From NCBI GenBank assembly GCA_965205015.1, contig OZ242029.1, positions 192,001-256,000 of the forward strand: a DNA stretch of 64,000 nt. The letters are read 5' to 3'. Both the position numbers and the translations under genes were made by a program. Positions within the stretch are counted from its first letter, which is position 1, and the number at the start of each line of letters is the position of its first letter. Below the pieces are notes generated by a model. The model saw only the letters and a list, made by a program, of their open reading frames with translations. It made no database searches and was not told the origin of the DNA. Of this stretch, positions 19,487-29,760 are shown one piece after another. The DNA comes from Candidatus Poribacteria bacterium (GTDB lineage: Bacteria; Poribacteria; WGA-4E; WGA-3G).

Positions 19487-20569
19487 TCAAGTCAAATCCA
19501 GCACACTTCGTGCGACTTCGCCCCTTGCTAAAGCCTCAAACGCATCGTTGATCCCTTCCAACGGATAGGTGCGTGTAACGAGTTCATCCAGTTTAAGTTG
19601 TCCCGCTTTATAGAGCGAAACCAACCGTGGGAAATCCACATGCGGGCGCGCGGTCCCATACATCGAACCGATAACCGTTTTCTCAGCTATCAGCATCCGT
19701 GCGTCAAACTCGACTTGTGTGTTCTCTGGCGCATGCCCGACAAACACCGTCACGCCCCTACTCCGCGTGCAGAGGATCGCCTGTCGGAACGTTTCACCGA
19801 TCAATCCGATCGCCTCAAAAGCATAGTGGACACCGCGTCCATGGGTAATTTCCTTAATCCGCTCCACGGGGTCTACCTCGGAGGCGTTAACCGTGTGTGT
19901 CGCCCCAAACTGCTTGCCGAGTTCGAGCTTGTTGTCGAGGACATCAACGGCAATAATAGGTTCGCCACCAGACATCGCAGCACCCTGTATGCAATTGAGT
20001 CCAACCCCGCCGCATCCAAAAACAGCAACTGAACTGCCGGGTGAAACTTCTGCTGTATTGATAGCCGCACCGACGCCCGTCATCACGCCACACCCGATGA
20101 GGGCGGCTTGTGCAAACGGCATATCCTTATCAATCGGAACAACCGCGTCCTGTGGGACGATCGTTTCAGTACCAAATGTTCCTAATCCCGACATCTGGTC
20201 GATTTCACGCCCACTCGTTTTTATCGCAGGTCTCCCTGAACCATCGGAAGGGAGTGCACATAAATTCGGATACCCCTTCTGACACATTTCGCAGTATCCA
20301 CAGTTCCGTTTCCAAGAAAGGATTACATGGTCCCCCACTTGGACTTGTGTCACGTCGCTTCCGATCTCTTCTACGACACCCGCCCCTTCATGTCCAAGAA
20401 TGACAGGCAACCTAACGAAGGGCCAATCGCCCTTAACGACGTGCCAGTCGGAGTGGCAAACGCCACTGGCGACCAATCGCACCCGGACCTGATTCGCACG
20501 TGGACGCGGTGAGTCGAACTCTTCAATCCTTAAGTGTGTGTCCGTTTCATACAATACTGCGGCTTTCAT
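19487..20569 (-). CDS. Zn-dependent alcohol dehydrogenase (class III-like)
   Basis: GVCHSD, GHEGAG, structural Zn CGYCEMC...C, GCGGVG. Confidence 0.92.
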   Translation of the reverse strand: MKAAVLYETDTHLRIEEFDSPRPRANQVRVRLVASGVCHSDWHVVKGDWPFVRLPVILGHEGAGVVEEIGSDVTQVQVGDHVILSWKRNCGYCEMCQKGYPNLCALPSDGSGRPAIKTSGREIDQMSGLGTFGTETIVPQDAVVPIDKDMPFAQAALIGCGVMTGVGAAINTAEVSPGSSVAVFGCGGVGLNCIQGAAMSGGEPIIAVDVLDNKLELGKQFGATHTVNASEVDPVERIKEITHGRGVHYAFEAIGLIGETFRQAILCTRSRGVTVFVGHAPENTQVEFDARMLIAEKTVIGSMYGTARPHVDFPRLVSLYKAGQLKLDELVTRTYPLEGINDAFEALARGEVARSVLDLT

Positions 20570-20788
20570 GAGGTCCCTCCGAAATTGGTATGGCGAGATC
20601 CAGCATTCTCTGGACCGATTAAGACTTTGGGTGTTGTCACGGTTATTATTATATCACTTTTGGGAAAAGATACAAGGTAAGATTTTCAGGACCGTTCAGG
20701 GATTGGTTAGCAGTTACATAATGTTCCTGACATCATCAGAGTCCTCTTTAACCGATGACTGATAACCGATAACCGACAACTTTTAAGA

Positions 20789-20817
20789 TTGACATCTACC
20801 TCTTAAAACGCTATAAT
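20789..20817 (+). promoter_or_regulatory. Consensus sigma70 promoter
   Basis: TTGACA-17 nt-TATAAT. Confidence 0.8.
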
Positions 20818-20885
20818 AGATTAAAACGGATCTCTATGGGAAGCCCACTCAGCTGCCCTAAAAAACAGAATAGAGGAGGATTGAT

Positions 20886-21404
20886 GTGTTTGGTTTTAAT
20901 GTACCCCGCAAGCTTATATTAAAGAGTCGGAGAGTCCTACTCGTCGGCATCTGTGTCTTCGCCACGCTTTCGTGTGGAAGCGGGGTAATTCAGAACTTTG
21001 AGGGCATCCAGATCCAATCAGATCCACGCGTTAACAGGATCGATCTACGGATTTATCTGGTGGATAGAAACGGTATACCGCTGATATGGAATCAGAGCAT
21101 TCTGAGTCCGAGTGTCGGTGTGAGCACCGTTTCTGAGGCAGATTTCACCACCAATGCCAAAGTCTACTCTATGCGTAACGGAAAGCAACATAAGAAGGTC
21201 TACGATGGACGGCTCCTGGACCTCCGTTGGTCCCAGGAACTCAATAGACTGGATCGACTCATGACCGGAGAAATCCCGCGGGGTTTTATCGAAGAAGACC
21301 CGGAACGCGATACGCCTTTAGGTGTTATCACCGTTGAAATTCAGACTGAGAAACAGGGTCCCTTCTCGGACACCTTAGAGAGAACCGCCATCTATAAGTA
21401 TTAA
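20886..21404 (+). CDS. Hypothetical lipoprotein
   Basis: GAGGAGG RBS, hydrophobic stretch with LSC lipobox-like motif; no recognised domain. Confidence 0.6.
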   Translation: MFGFNVPRKLILKSRRVLLVGICVFATLSCGSGVIQNFEGIQIQSDPRVNRIDLRIYLVDRNGIPLIWNQSILSPSVGVSTVSEADFTTNAKVYSMRNGKQHKKVYDGRLLDLRWSQELNRLDRLMTGEIPRGFIEEDPERDTPLGVITVEIQTEKQGPFSDTLERTAIYKY

Positions 21405-21445
21405 GAAGACTGCACGCTACAGACACCGATGGTTCCTGAAAAAAA

Positions 21446-21555
21446 CAAGTCCGAAACGAAGTGGAGGTGTTTTTGCTTGGGAGTTTTTTCAACTCGAACA
21501 CGAAGACTGATCAAGTCCTTAACAGTATTACTTATCCGCAAGGTAAATTAAAAGA
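21446..21555 (+). repeat. ~110-bp dispersed repeat ending at a start codon; second full copy at 44039-44147 (-)
   Basis: ccgaaacgaagtggaggtgtttttgcttgggagttttttcaactcgaa...tattacttatccgcaagg(t/a)aaattaaaa is shared by both copies. Confidence 0.85.
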
Positions 21556-22422
21556 ATGCCTATTCACACACAGGACTACCGACACTGGGAAGGCACACTG
21601 AACCCGCATCCTTATACACGGTGGTGGATTATCACAAAAGCGGAGTTAAAACTGCTGGCACAACGCAAAATTGTCCGATTAATTGTTGCTATCCCCCCCG
21701 CCATTTACATCTTGGTTCACGCAACCCTTATTTACATCCTTAATCAGGTGCCGGGCGCGGAATTTGGGTTTGACATTGACAATGCGTTTTTTCAGCAATT
21801 CCTATTCCGAAACCCAGGTACAGGTCCCCCTTCCTCATTTCTCATCGCGCTGATCGCTATTTTCGGTGGCTCGGGGTTAATCGCGACAGATCTGAAGAAC
21901 AACGCGCTCGCTCTCTACCTCTCAAAGCCTATCTCATGGATAGATTACCTGATTGGGAAATGTGCTGTTATCGGTATCTTGCTCGGTTGCCTCACATTAG
22001 TTCCCGGATTGTTGCTGTTTCTTGAACACATACTGCTGACCGATACTTCCTTTCTGAAAGAGAGCTATTGGATCCCTCTTTCGATCATTGCCTACTCGGC
22101 GATTATCACACTTTCCTCCAGTCTATTGATGTTATTGTTCTCATCGCTTACCTCAAATCCTCGCTATGCCATCATCGGTTTTTGCGCCGTGTGGTTCGGC
22201 TCGCCTGTTATCTATGAGATCCTCAAAGCGATTACCCGCACCAGCAAAATGGCGTTAGTCTCTATTTGGGCACACTACGATATTCTCGGCACAGTCCTGT
22301 TTGCGGGTTCACAGAACTACGCCGTGCATTGGGTGTGGGCACTTCTCATCCAGATTGCATTGATAGCCCTCTGTCTCTTTGTACTTCATCGTCGGATTCG
22401 CGCAGTCGAAATCATCAAATGA
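21556..22422 (+). CDS. ABC transporter permease
   Basis: IATDLKNNALALYLSKPIS..DYLIGK, about six TM helices. Confidence 0.8.
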   Translation: MPIHTQDYRHWEGTLNPHPYTRWWIITKAELKLLAQRKIVRLIVAIPPAIYILVHATLIYILNQVPGAEFGFDIDNAFFQQFLFRNPGTGPPSSFLIALIAIFGGSGLIATDLKNNALALYLSKPISWIDYLIGKCAVIGILLGCLTLVPGLLLFLEHILLTDTSFLKESYWIPLSIIAYSAIITLSSSLLMLLFSSLTSNPRYAIIGFCAVWFGSPVIYEILKAITRTSKMALVSIWAHYDILGTVLFAGSQNYAVHWVWALLIQIALIALCLFVLHRRIRAVEIIK

Positions 22423-22456
22423 CCCCTGTATAGCGAACAGGAGCCGCGCCTACTGA

Positions 22457-23317
22457 TCAGCGTAACCTTGCGCCATTCGCATCCCACATCTCAGCCTCAG
22501 AATAGACCTGTGGAGGCGTTATTGAGGTCAACGTCGGTGTCCAATCTGCACGGAATTTTTGAACTAACCGCACCGCGTTCCGGTAGGCAATCCGTTCCTT
22601 TGTTTCATCGTTCAGTTGTGCGGATTCAATTTGCGCCTGCACCAGACGAAAATCATAATACGGCAGGTCGCTCCCAAACATAAGCCTATCGTTACCGAGA
22701 TGATTGACGAGATGGACGAGATCCCAACTTGCGTCTGCCCCCTCCGGTTTCTGTGCGACATCGAACCAGACATTCTCGCATTTCCCACAATGATCAATCG
22801 CCTCGAGATGCCCGGCTTTGTTCATCGAAACATGTCCGATGATGAACGTTATCGCCGGAAACCGCTGCGCGTAAGCAGCAATATTTTGGGTAGAGCCTGC
22901 CTGATGTAATAGACATAACCCGTTGTGCATCGCCACCACCTCAAGGAACGCGTGCAACTCACCCCCGAGCGAGTGCCCAGAGAGCCCAGGGTGACACATA
23001 AATCCGACCAAACCGTCTTCCCGCATGGCTCTGTCCAATTCGTCAGCACCTGCTTGTTCGTGCCGAACTTCCGCGATCCCAAGTCCAATTGGAAAGCGGT
23101 CCGGATAACGCTTGCATGCGTTGGCAATCGTTTCGTGTTGTGCGCGTGTGTCCAATACACCCCGCGCCTGCGGGCTACCCCCCGTTGGACACGGAATCGC
23201 TCCGATAACATCTGCCGAAGCCATTCGGGCAAGACATCGTCCGACGCTCTGTCCTACAGTCGGGGCGCGTGATACCGTCATACCGATGTGACAATGGACA
23301 TCGAAATAGGGACGCAT
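22457..23317 (-). CDS. Amidohydrolase_2 family protein
   Basis: DVHCH, IIGH, LMFGSDLP and NAVRL motifs. Confidence 0.85.
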   Translation of the reverse strand: MRPYFDVHCHIGMTVSRAPTVGQSVGRCLARMASADVIGAIPCPTGGSPQARGVLDTRAQHETIANACKRYPDRFPIGLGIAEVRHEQAGADELDRAMREDGLVGFMCHPGLSGHSLGGELHAFLEVVAMHNGLCLLHQAGSTQNIAAYAQRFPAITFIIGHVSMNKAGHLEAIDHCGKCENVWFDVAQKPEGADASWDLVHLVNHLGNDRLMFGSDLPYYDFRLVQAQIESAQLNDETKERIAYRNAVRLVQKFRADWTPTLTSITPPQVYSEAEMWDANGARLR

Positions 23318-23458
23318 AACGCCTCCTTCTTTATAATTTTTGGTTCAGTTATCGGGTCAAAAAAGAAGTCTGAACTATGATCTTTATGATGATGGGATTT
23401 CTTGCGATTCACTATTTCTCTAAATCACAGTCAATCACAAGAATCACAGAAACCCCGG

Positions 23459-24226
23459 TCAGAATTTCGGCACAGGCGTATAAGCATTAAAGCCATCGGT
23501 TCTATCTTCGCCTTGCAGCAGGTAAATATGGTGCTTGCGCCGCCACTCTGCCCCAGGATAGCGGACACTCGCTGGCATGTAGCGCATTGTATAACCACAT
23601 CGCCGTTTTTGTGAGACGTTCGGACTGGAGTTATGGATTGTCCACGCGTCGTGAAAATGGCACTCGCCGACTTCCAGTTCCAGATTGACCGCTTTCGATG
23701 TGTCTAAGTCCGCCTCCACAACCTCGCTGCCGAAGAGGTTATTCGTCCGATCAACATCCTCATAGCGACGATCCTGCAATTTGTGGCTGCCGGAAATAAC
23801 ACGCATACAGCCGTTTTCAACCTTCGATTCATCTACCGCCAGCCACATTGTGATCACGTCCATTGGATCAAGAGACTTACCCCAGTAGACCCCGTCTTGA
23901 TGCCACGGCACTGCCATCCCATCGTGCTCGCGCTTGCTAATGAAGTGGCTCGACCAGAGCACAATATCCGGTCCAACAAACCGTTCTATAACCTTCAATA
24001 CCCGTGGATGCGTTAGATATTTAAACAAAAACGGGTGCTCAAAATGCGGGACATCCATCTGTTCTGGACGTCTACCTTCCGGCAAATTCTCGATCATCTC
24101 GTCTACATAATCTCGGAGTGTATCCAACTCCGATTTCGTGAAGATCCGTCCAAACGTGAGATATCCGTTTTCTTTGTAAAACTCGACCTGCTCATCAGAG
24201 ACAGTTGTTTCCAGTTGCCAATCCAT
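23459..24226 (-). CDS. PhyH family dioxygenase
   Basis: PWHQD, ENGCMRV..GSH, H.S..N. Confidence 0.9.
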   Translation of the reverse strand: MDWQLETTVSDEQVEFYKENGYLTFGRIFTKSELDTLRDYVDEMIENLPEGRRPEQMDVPHFEHPFLFKYLTHPRVLKVIERFVGPDIVLWSSHFISKREHDGMAVPWHQDGVYWGKSLDPMDVITMWLAVDESKVENGCMRVISGSHKLQDRRYEDVDRTNNLFGSEVVEADLDTSKAVNLELEVGECHFHDAWTIHNSSPNVSQKRRCGYTMRYMPASVRYPGAEWRRKHHIYLLQGEDRTDGFNAYTPVPKF

Positions 24227-24337
24227 ATAGTCCTCCTTTTAGTGATTTATTATAGCCGGGTCTTACAGAAAGATCAAGTTAGAAAAAGTCGAGATTCGGA
24301 GATCTCGCCTACAGGCGCATTGCATCGTTCTGCCATA

Positions 24338-24364
24338 GTAGGAACGAGGTGACCTTACTTCTAC
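24338..24364 (+). repeat. Degenerate GTAG-type REP-like palindrome
   Basis: gtaggaacgaggtgaccttacttctac; related to the intragenic copy at 32963-32988. Confidence 0.55.
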
Positions 24365-24368
24365 AAAC

Positions 24369-24397
24369 TTGACAATTCGCGGGGTTTATGCTAAATT
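24369..24397 (+). promoter_or_regulatory. Sigma70-type promoter, probably leaderless transcript
   Basis: TTGACA-17 nt-TAAATT with extended -10 TG, then 7 nt to ATG 24405, no SD. Confidence 0.6.
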
Positions 24398-24404
24398 ACC
24401 AACC

Positions 24405-25553
24405 ATGAAAATTGTAATTGCGCCTGATTCATTTAAAGGGAGTGTCAGTGCTCTCGAAGCTGCACGTGCGATTGAGCAGGGACTCCGCCGCGTGTTTCCT
24501 GATGCCGTCATTGAGAAAATACCGATGGCGGACGGCGGTGAAGGAACTGTGCAATCGCTTGTTGATGCCACCGGTGGCCACCTCCACACACGCCGTGTGC
24601 TTGCCCCCCTCGAAAACGAGGTCGATGCGCAATTCGGTATCCTCTCCGACGGAGAGACCGCCGTTATTGAAATGGCATCCGCCTCCGGTCTCACACGCGT
24701 TGAACCGCACGAACGGAACCCACTTCGGACCACCACCTATGGCACTGGACAACTTATTCACACCGCTCTGGAAGTCGGATGTAGACGCTTGATCATCGGT
24801 ATCGGTGGCAGTGCAACAAACGATGGCGGCGCCGGAATGGCAGAAGCACTCGGGGTCCGATTGCTGGATACGAACGGAAAACAGATTCAGCGCGGTGGAG
24901 GAAGCCTTGGGCAATTAGCATCAATAGATGTAACCGGTTTACATCCCGCGATTGCCGAAACTGAAACCGTTGTCGCCTGTGATGTTAACAACCCTTTGAC
25001 TGGACCAGACGGGGCATCACACGTCTATGGACCGCAGAAGGGGGCAACGCCTGAAATGATTGAAACGTTAGATGGGCACCTTGCACATTTTGACGATATC
25101 TTGACCCAGACGTTCGGAAAATCCTTTAATGATATTCCCGGCGCGGGCGCAGCCGGTGGATTAGGCGCAGGATTGATGGCGTTCCTCAATGCCGAATTGC
25201 GACTCGGTATTGATATTATGATTGATGCCGTGAATCTCAAGGAACGGGTAAAAGGTGCCGCCCTCGTTTTCACCGGTGAAGGGCAACTGGACTTTCAGAC
25301 AGTGTTTGGGAAGACACCTGTCGGCGTTGCGAAGGTCGCGAAAGCGCACGACATTCCCGTTATAGCAATTGCGGGTGGCATCGCTGAAGGCGCCGAAGCC
25401 GTTTACGATGCCGGTATTGATGCAATGTTAGGCATTGTCCAAGAACCGATGTCTCTTGAAAATGCCGTTACAGATGCCTCACGACTGATCGCCGACATAG
25501 CAGAACAAGCAGCACGATTAATCGTCATCGGTCACGGTGGATTGAGAGACTAA
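24405..25553 (+). CDS. glxK: Glycerate kinase (GarK/GlxK family)
   Basis: MKIVIAPDSFKGS, PMADGGEGT, GGSATNDGG, GPQKGA. Confidence 0.93.
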   Translation: MKIVIAPDSFKGSVSALEAARAIEQGLRRVFPDAVIEKIPMADGGEGTVQSLVDATGGHLHTRRVLAPLENEVDAQFGILSDGETAVIEMASASGLTRVEPHERNPLRTTTYGTGQLIHTALEVGCRRLIIGIGGSATNDGGAGMAEALGVRLLDTNGKQIQRGGGSLGQLASIDVTGLHPAIAETETVVACDVNNPLTGPDGASHVYGPQKGATPEMIETLDGHLAHFDDILTQTFGKSFNDIPGAGAAGGLGAGLMAFLNAELRLGIDIMIDAVNLKERVKGAALVFTGEGQLDFQTVFGKTPVGVAKVAKAHDIPVIAIAGGIAEGAEAVYDAGIDAMLGIVQEPMSLENAVTDASRLIADIAEQAARLIVIGHGGLRD

Positions 25554-25585
25554 GATCCGAATTCATTTAAAGGGTGAAAGCGGCT

Positions 25586-25650
25586 GGAATGGAAAGGTGG
25601 AAGACTGGAAGGGTGGGTGCCCAACCTTCCTCCCTTCCATCCTTCCAACC
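25586..25650. repeat. GGAAG/CTTCC palindromic repeat; related copy at 37355-37405
   Basis: ggaatggaaaggtggaaga is identical in both; complementary cttcc arms. Confidence 0.65.
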
Positions 25651-25675
25651 AAGTCCTTTCTATCAACATTCAATT

Positions 25676-27013
25676 TTACACCGGCAATACTGGTATATCT
25701 TTCATGAAATCGTCTGTCTCGATCTGCCACATTTGCATATCCGCAGCGAGTGACCGAATACGATCGGCATGCTCAGGCAAATCGGCAAGGTTTGTCGTCT
25801 CCCAAGGATCCTGCTCTAAATCGAAAAATTGGATGCAATCCGTGCCGGCACCCGTCTCTTCGGAGACATAGTAGCGAATCAATTTCCAACGCCCATCCCT
25901 GATCGTGCGTTGGATGTCTCTATACGCCGCGAAGACGGTGGCGCGTACTCGATCCACACGACCCTTCATCAGTGGCACCAAACTGCGCCCTTCAGTCGTA
26001 TCTGGACAGGCAACATCGGTGAGATCACAGACAGTGGGAAACACATCATACAGATAGGTTAACGCATCAACTGTTTCCCCTTCGGGGATCCCCGGTCCAG
26101 CAAATATGGAAGGCACGTGGATACTATGGTCATAGAGATTCTGTTTCCCCAACAGTCCGTGTTGTCCGACAGCGAGTCCGTGGTCGGCGGTGTAGATGAT
26201 GATCGTGTTGTCCAGGTGTCCGGTCGCTTCCAATGTGCTTAGCACGCGTCCCATTTCGGCATCCATGTGCGTAATCATCCCGTAATAGTCTGCGATGTGC
26301 TGTTGAACGATTTCCGGCGTGCGCGGGAAGGGTGCCAACACTTCATCCCGAATACGCATTTCACCGTTGTCGAACGGATGTTCCGGGTGGAAGTTTTCGG
26401 GGACAGGTATCTCCTCCGGTGAATACATCGTCGCGTATTCTCCCGGTGCTGTTCTCGGATCGTGCGGTGAAGTAAAGGAGAGGTAAAGGAAAAAGGGATC
26501 CGTTTCGCTGTAGTTTTCTATAAATTGCACGGCGGCGTCTGTGAAGAGTTCTGTGGAAAACTTTTCTCCAATGTACCTGGCATCATCCGGGTATTTTCCT
26601 GTTGGATCGAAATCGAAAACTGGCACTTTATATTGATCGCTCATTCCACCAAAGAAAATCTTAGCACCGTCATCGAAACTGTCGGTAAACGTTTGTCGAT
26701 CATTGTGCCATTTGCCACTAAAAAATGTGTGATACCCGGTTTCGCGCATTACCTGTGGCCAAACCGCCAAATCTCGGTTAATTTGGTTTCCACCGCTGCG
26801 GAACAGGTTAGCACTCGTGAGGACAGCAGCGCGGCTTGGTACACAAACGGCTCCAACAAGGGATCCCATAATGTGAGTTTGACGGAAAGTTGTCCCGCGT
26901 GCCATGAGTGAATCCATCGTTGGTGTTTTGACCGTTGGGTCGCCCATGCCACCGATAGCATCCCATCGATGGTCGTCCGCGATCATAAAAAGAACATTGG
27001 GTCGTGAGGACAT
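25676..27013 (-). CDS. Sulfatase (choline-sulfatase-like)
   Basis: PNVLFMIADD, CVPSR formylglycine motif, GKWH, ADHG...GKQNLY. Confidence 0.92.
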   Translation of the reverse strand: MSSRPNVLFMIADDHRWDAIGGMGDPTVKTPTMDSLMARGTTFRQTHIMGSLVGAVCVPSRAAVLTSANLFRSGGNQINRDLAVWPQVMRETGYHTFFSGKWHNDRQTFTDSFDDGAKIFFGGMSDQYKVPVFDFDPTGKYPDDARYIGEKFSTELFTDAAVQFIENYSETDPFFLYLSFTSPHDPRTAPGEYATMYSPEEIPVPENFHPEHPFDNGEMRIRDEVLAPFPRTPEIVQQHIADYYGMITHMDAEMGRVLSTLEATGHLDNTIIIYTADHGLAVGQHGLLGKQNLYDHSIHVPSIFAGPGIPEGETVDALTYLYDVFPTVCDLTDVACPDTTEGRSLVPLMKGRVDRVRATVFAAYRDIQRTIRDGRWKLIRYYVSEETGAGTDCIQFFDLEQDPWETTNLADLPEHADRIRSLAADMQMWQIETDDFMKDIPVLPV

Positions 27014-27351
27014 TTTTTTAATTTTCCTTGTGGTTCGATCAGGTGGGTTTCGCTTATGAAGTATCTTTTCGTAGACCCGCCTGCGTGTTTTTGCAAACGC
27101 TGAAATCCAATGCGAAGAAAGTATTTGCTTGGGGGTTTCTGTGTATTTCTGCGTATTGTTGCAGGCTGCACAGCTGACAGACTGCAAGCCTGATAGTGTG
27201 CCGACCTGCACATCTGCACGTGTGATACTCTGCAGTTTCTAATTTTCCTTGCGGTTCAGCTTGACCGCAAACAGTATTAACCCTGTCTGGAATTCACCAG
27301 AAAGCACCGCGTAATGAAATCGAGCGGTGACCAGGAGGACAAAATTAAAAA

Positions 27352-28497
27352 ATGAAAATTGCTACGATTGAACAATTCTACCCACGGCGTCGGATGCGTC
27401 TCGTGAAGATTACAACGGATACCGGTATCGTCGGATGGGGAGAAACCACACTTGAAGGTAAACCCAAGAGTACTTGGGCGGCTGTCGAAGAACTCTCCGA
27501 TTATTTTATCGGCAAAGACCCACTCCGTATTGAACACCATTGGCAACACGTTTACCGTTCTGCCTTCTTCCGAGGCGGAAATATTCTTATGTCCGCCTTG
27601 TCAGGTATTGATCAGGCGTTATGGGATATCGCCGGTAAACATCACGGTCTACCTGCCTATCAACTCTTAGGTGGTGCCGTGCGCGATCGTATCCGCGTTT
27701 ACGCACACTGGGGCATCGGCAGTCTGACAGATGAAGGCAAAGCCTCCGCGAAAGAACGCCTTGAATTCTTACAGCAAAAAGGGGGCTACACAGCGTTTAA
27801 AAGCGGTCCCGGTGGTAAATGGCGTGGGCATGAACCTCCTGCAGTGATTGATGAATTTGTGGAACGTGCCTATCTCATGCGTGAATGGGTAGGACCCGAT
27901 GTCGAACTCGCCTTCGACTTTCACGGTAAAATGACCCCCGCCCTTGCAATCGAGATCTGTCACGAACTTAAAGGGATGCGTCCCATGTTCGTCGAGGAAC
28001 CCATCCCGCAAGAAAACGTTGACGCCCTCAAACAGGTGTCCGACCATGTGCCGTTTCCAATCGCGACTGGGGAACGGCTGCTCACCCGCTGGGGCTTTCG
28101 AGAGGTGTTTGAGAAACAGGCAGTCGCTTATCTACAACCCGATACCTCACATGCTGGCGGCATTACTGAATTGAAAAAGATTGCGAACATGGCGGAGGTC
28201 TACTATATGCATATCGCTCCGCATTGCGCCATTGGACCCGTCGCCTTCTCCGCCTCCCTTCATGTTGATGCCGTTGTCCCGAATTTCCTCATTCAGGAAC
28301 AGATCGATGACGGCCTGGGGGCAGGCTTATTGACTGAGGAGTGGCAGGTCACAGATGGCCATATTGCGTTGCCGACACAGCCGGGACTCGGTTTTGAGAT
28401 CGATGAAAAGGAAGCGGAACGGATACTCGATACCTATCCAGAGGAGCTCGGTGGCGAATTTTATTACGACACCGATGGCAGCGTCGCCGATTGGTAG
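27352..28497 (+). CDS. dgoD: Galactonate dehydratase-like mandelate racemase/enolase family protein
   Basis: GWGE..LEG, SGIDQALWDIAGK, DFHG, FVEEP, ATGER; substrate uncertain. Confidence 0.75.
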   Translation: MKIATIEQFYPRRRMRLVKITTDTGIVGWGETTLEGKPKSTWAAVEELSDYFIGKDPLRIEHHWQHVYRSAFFRGGNILMSALSGIDQALWDIAGKHHGLPAYQLLGGAVRDRIRVYAHWGIGSLTDEGKASAKERLEFLQQKGGYTAFKSGPGGKWRGHEPPAVIDEFVERAYLMREWVGPDVELAFDFHGKMTPALAIEICHELKGMRPMFVEEPIPQENVDALKQVSDHVPFPIATGERLLTRWGFREVFEKQAVAYLQPDTSHAGGITELKKIANMAEVYYMHIAPHCAIGPVAFSASLHVDAVVPNFLIQEQIDDGLGAGLLTEEWQVTDGHIALPTQPGLGFEIDEKEAERILDTYPEELGGEFYYDTDGSVADW

Positions 28498-28515
28498 TTA
28501 GTTGTCAGTAACATT

Positions 28516-28616
28516 GTAGGTTGGGTTGAACGGATAATCCCAAACCGTAGCAGCTCATAGTAAACTGATACTTCTTCCGTCACCTTTAATTATAGAGATA
28601 CCGAGTGAAACCCAAC
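28516..28616 (+). repeat. GTAG-type REP-like element
   Basis: gtaggttgggttga...tgaaacccaac inverted arms between convergent genes. Confidence 0.65.
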
Positions 28617-28645
28617 GTTTTTCTGCCTTTAACCTGAGTTACGCG

Positions 28646-29392
28646 TTAGACCACGGGTTTCCGGTTGGCAACATAAGGCGGTTCAAGCATCAACTTCTGA
28701 TCCTCATCAGCCATCAAGTTGCGGAGTTCATCGTCGTATCTGCCCTGACCCCACGAGGCATGTCCCGGTGAGTACTTGAACAGAATCGAGCGGCGTTCGT
28801 GCGAGGCAGTCCACGGGAGCGTGCCGTGCGTCATCGCCTCTGTGAAGATAACGACATCCCCCGCTTTTTGATGCACGGGTGCCATACACGTCTTATTGTC
28901 CTCCACCGGTCGGAACTCAGCAGGACACGGATAGTTGCTCTTATGGCTACCCGGTATACAACAGAAACCACCCTGTCCGGGCAGCATATCCGTTAAAGCC
29001 CACGACACGACGGTTAAGCCGTTATACATCCGATCGTTTCGGAAGACGTAATACTGCGCTGGATCATAAGGCGTTCCGCCACCGTGAAGCATCCCGCCCG
29101 GGTTTCCTTCTATCATCAAAATGCCGTAGACATGGTCCAATCGGAATTTTGGACCGACGATCTCCGCTAAGAACGGCATAATACGCGGGTGGTTGAGGAG
29201 TTTACGGAACGCGGCGTTCTCCCAATTCAAGAATCCACCGAATCTCTGCGAATAGACATCCTCATCCACCGGATCTGGGTAATCTTGTGCATCGATAAGA
29301 GCATTGAGTTCCGCGAGTTCGTCTGTTCCTAAGACGTTTTCGATGTTCACATACCCCCAAAGGTCGAACAGGTATTTATCTTCAGCATTCAT
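28646..29392 (-). CDS. PhyH family dioxygenase (HGG variant)
   Basis: YLFDLWGY, LHGG, IPGSHK, HGTLPW. Confidence 0.85.
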   Translation of the reverse strand: MNAEDKYLFDLWGYVNIENVLGTDELAELNALIDAQDYPDPVDEDVYSQRFGGFLNWENAAFRKLLNHPRIMPFLAEIVGPKFRLDHVYGILMIEGNPGGMLHGGGTPYDPAQYYVFRNDRMYNGLTVVSWALTDMLPGQGGFCCIPGSHKSNYPCPAEFRPVEDNKTCMAPVHQKAGDVVIFTEAMTHGTLPWTASHERRSILFKYSPGHASWGQGRYDDELRNLMADEDQKLMLEPPYVANRKPVV

Positions 29393-29413
29393 CCAGACAC
29401 CTCCCTTAAGGAT

Positions 29414-29437
29414 GCACAAACTAACAGTTTATGCTAC
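29414..29437 (-). repeat. GTAG-type REP-like palindrome; related copy at 46870-46893
   Basis: Minus strand gtagcataaactgttagtttgtgc vs atagcgtaaacttttagtgtgcgc. Confidence 0.6.
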
Positions 29438-29760
29438 TATTGGTGTGCCGAGCGTGAAGTGGGTTCAAGCCGCGTAACAAGGATCTGTTCTCTGTCAATC
29501 AACTCGCCGACGCGGGCAGAGATTTCATTTAGCCATCGGTCGTCTTCATAAACCGCCGCATAGAGTTGCTCGCGCTGCGCTTCGCTCTCAAACCGCCGAA
29601 TCCAGACGTAGAGATCGTCCTCTTCTTCACCGATGAAACTGCCAATCACAACCATCCCTTTAGAAATCTGGAACGGGAGGACTGTTTCTTCCATGTATTG
29701 CACCCAATTCTCGCGTTGACCGGGTTTCGTTCTATACTGTCGTAATTCAAAAAAAGCCAT
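29437..29760 (-). CDS. NIPSNAP family protein
   Basis: FELRQY..KPG, YVWIRRF. Confidence 0.85.
   Translation of the reverse strand: MAFFELRQYRTKPGQRENWVQYMEETVLPFQISKGMVVIGSFIGEEEDDLYVWIRRFESEAQREQLYAAVYEDDRWLNEISARVGELIDREQILVTRLEPTSRSAHQ

Noticed and set aside
27014-27211. N-terminal extensions of ORF-track calls (sulfatase, and similarly 44039-44116 and 62611-62661)
   Set aside because: They are open frames through intergenic repeats; downstream starts match the family N-termini
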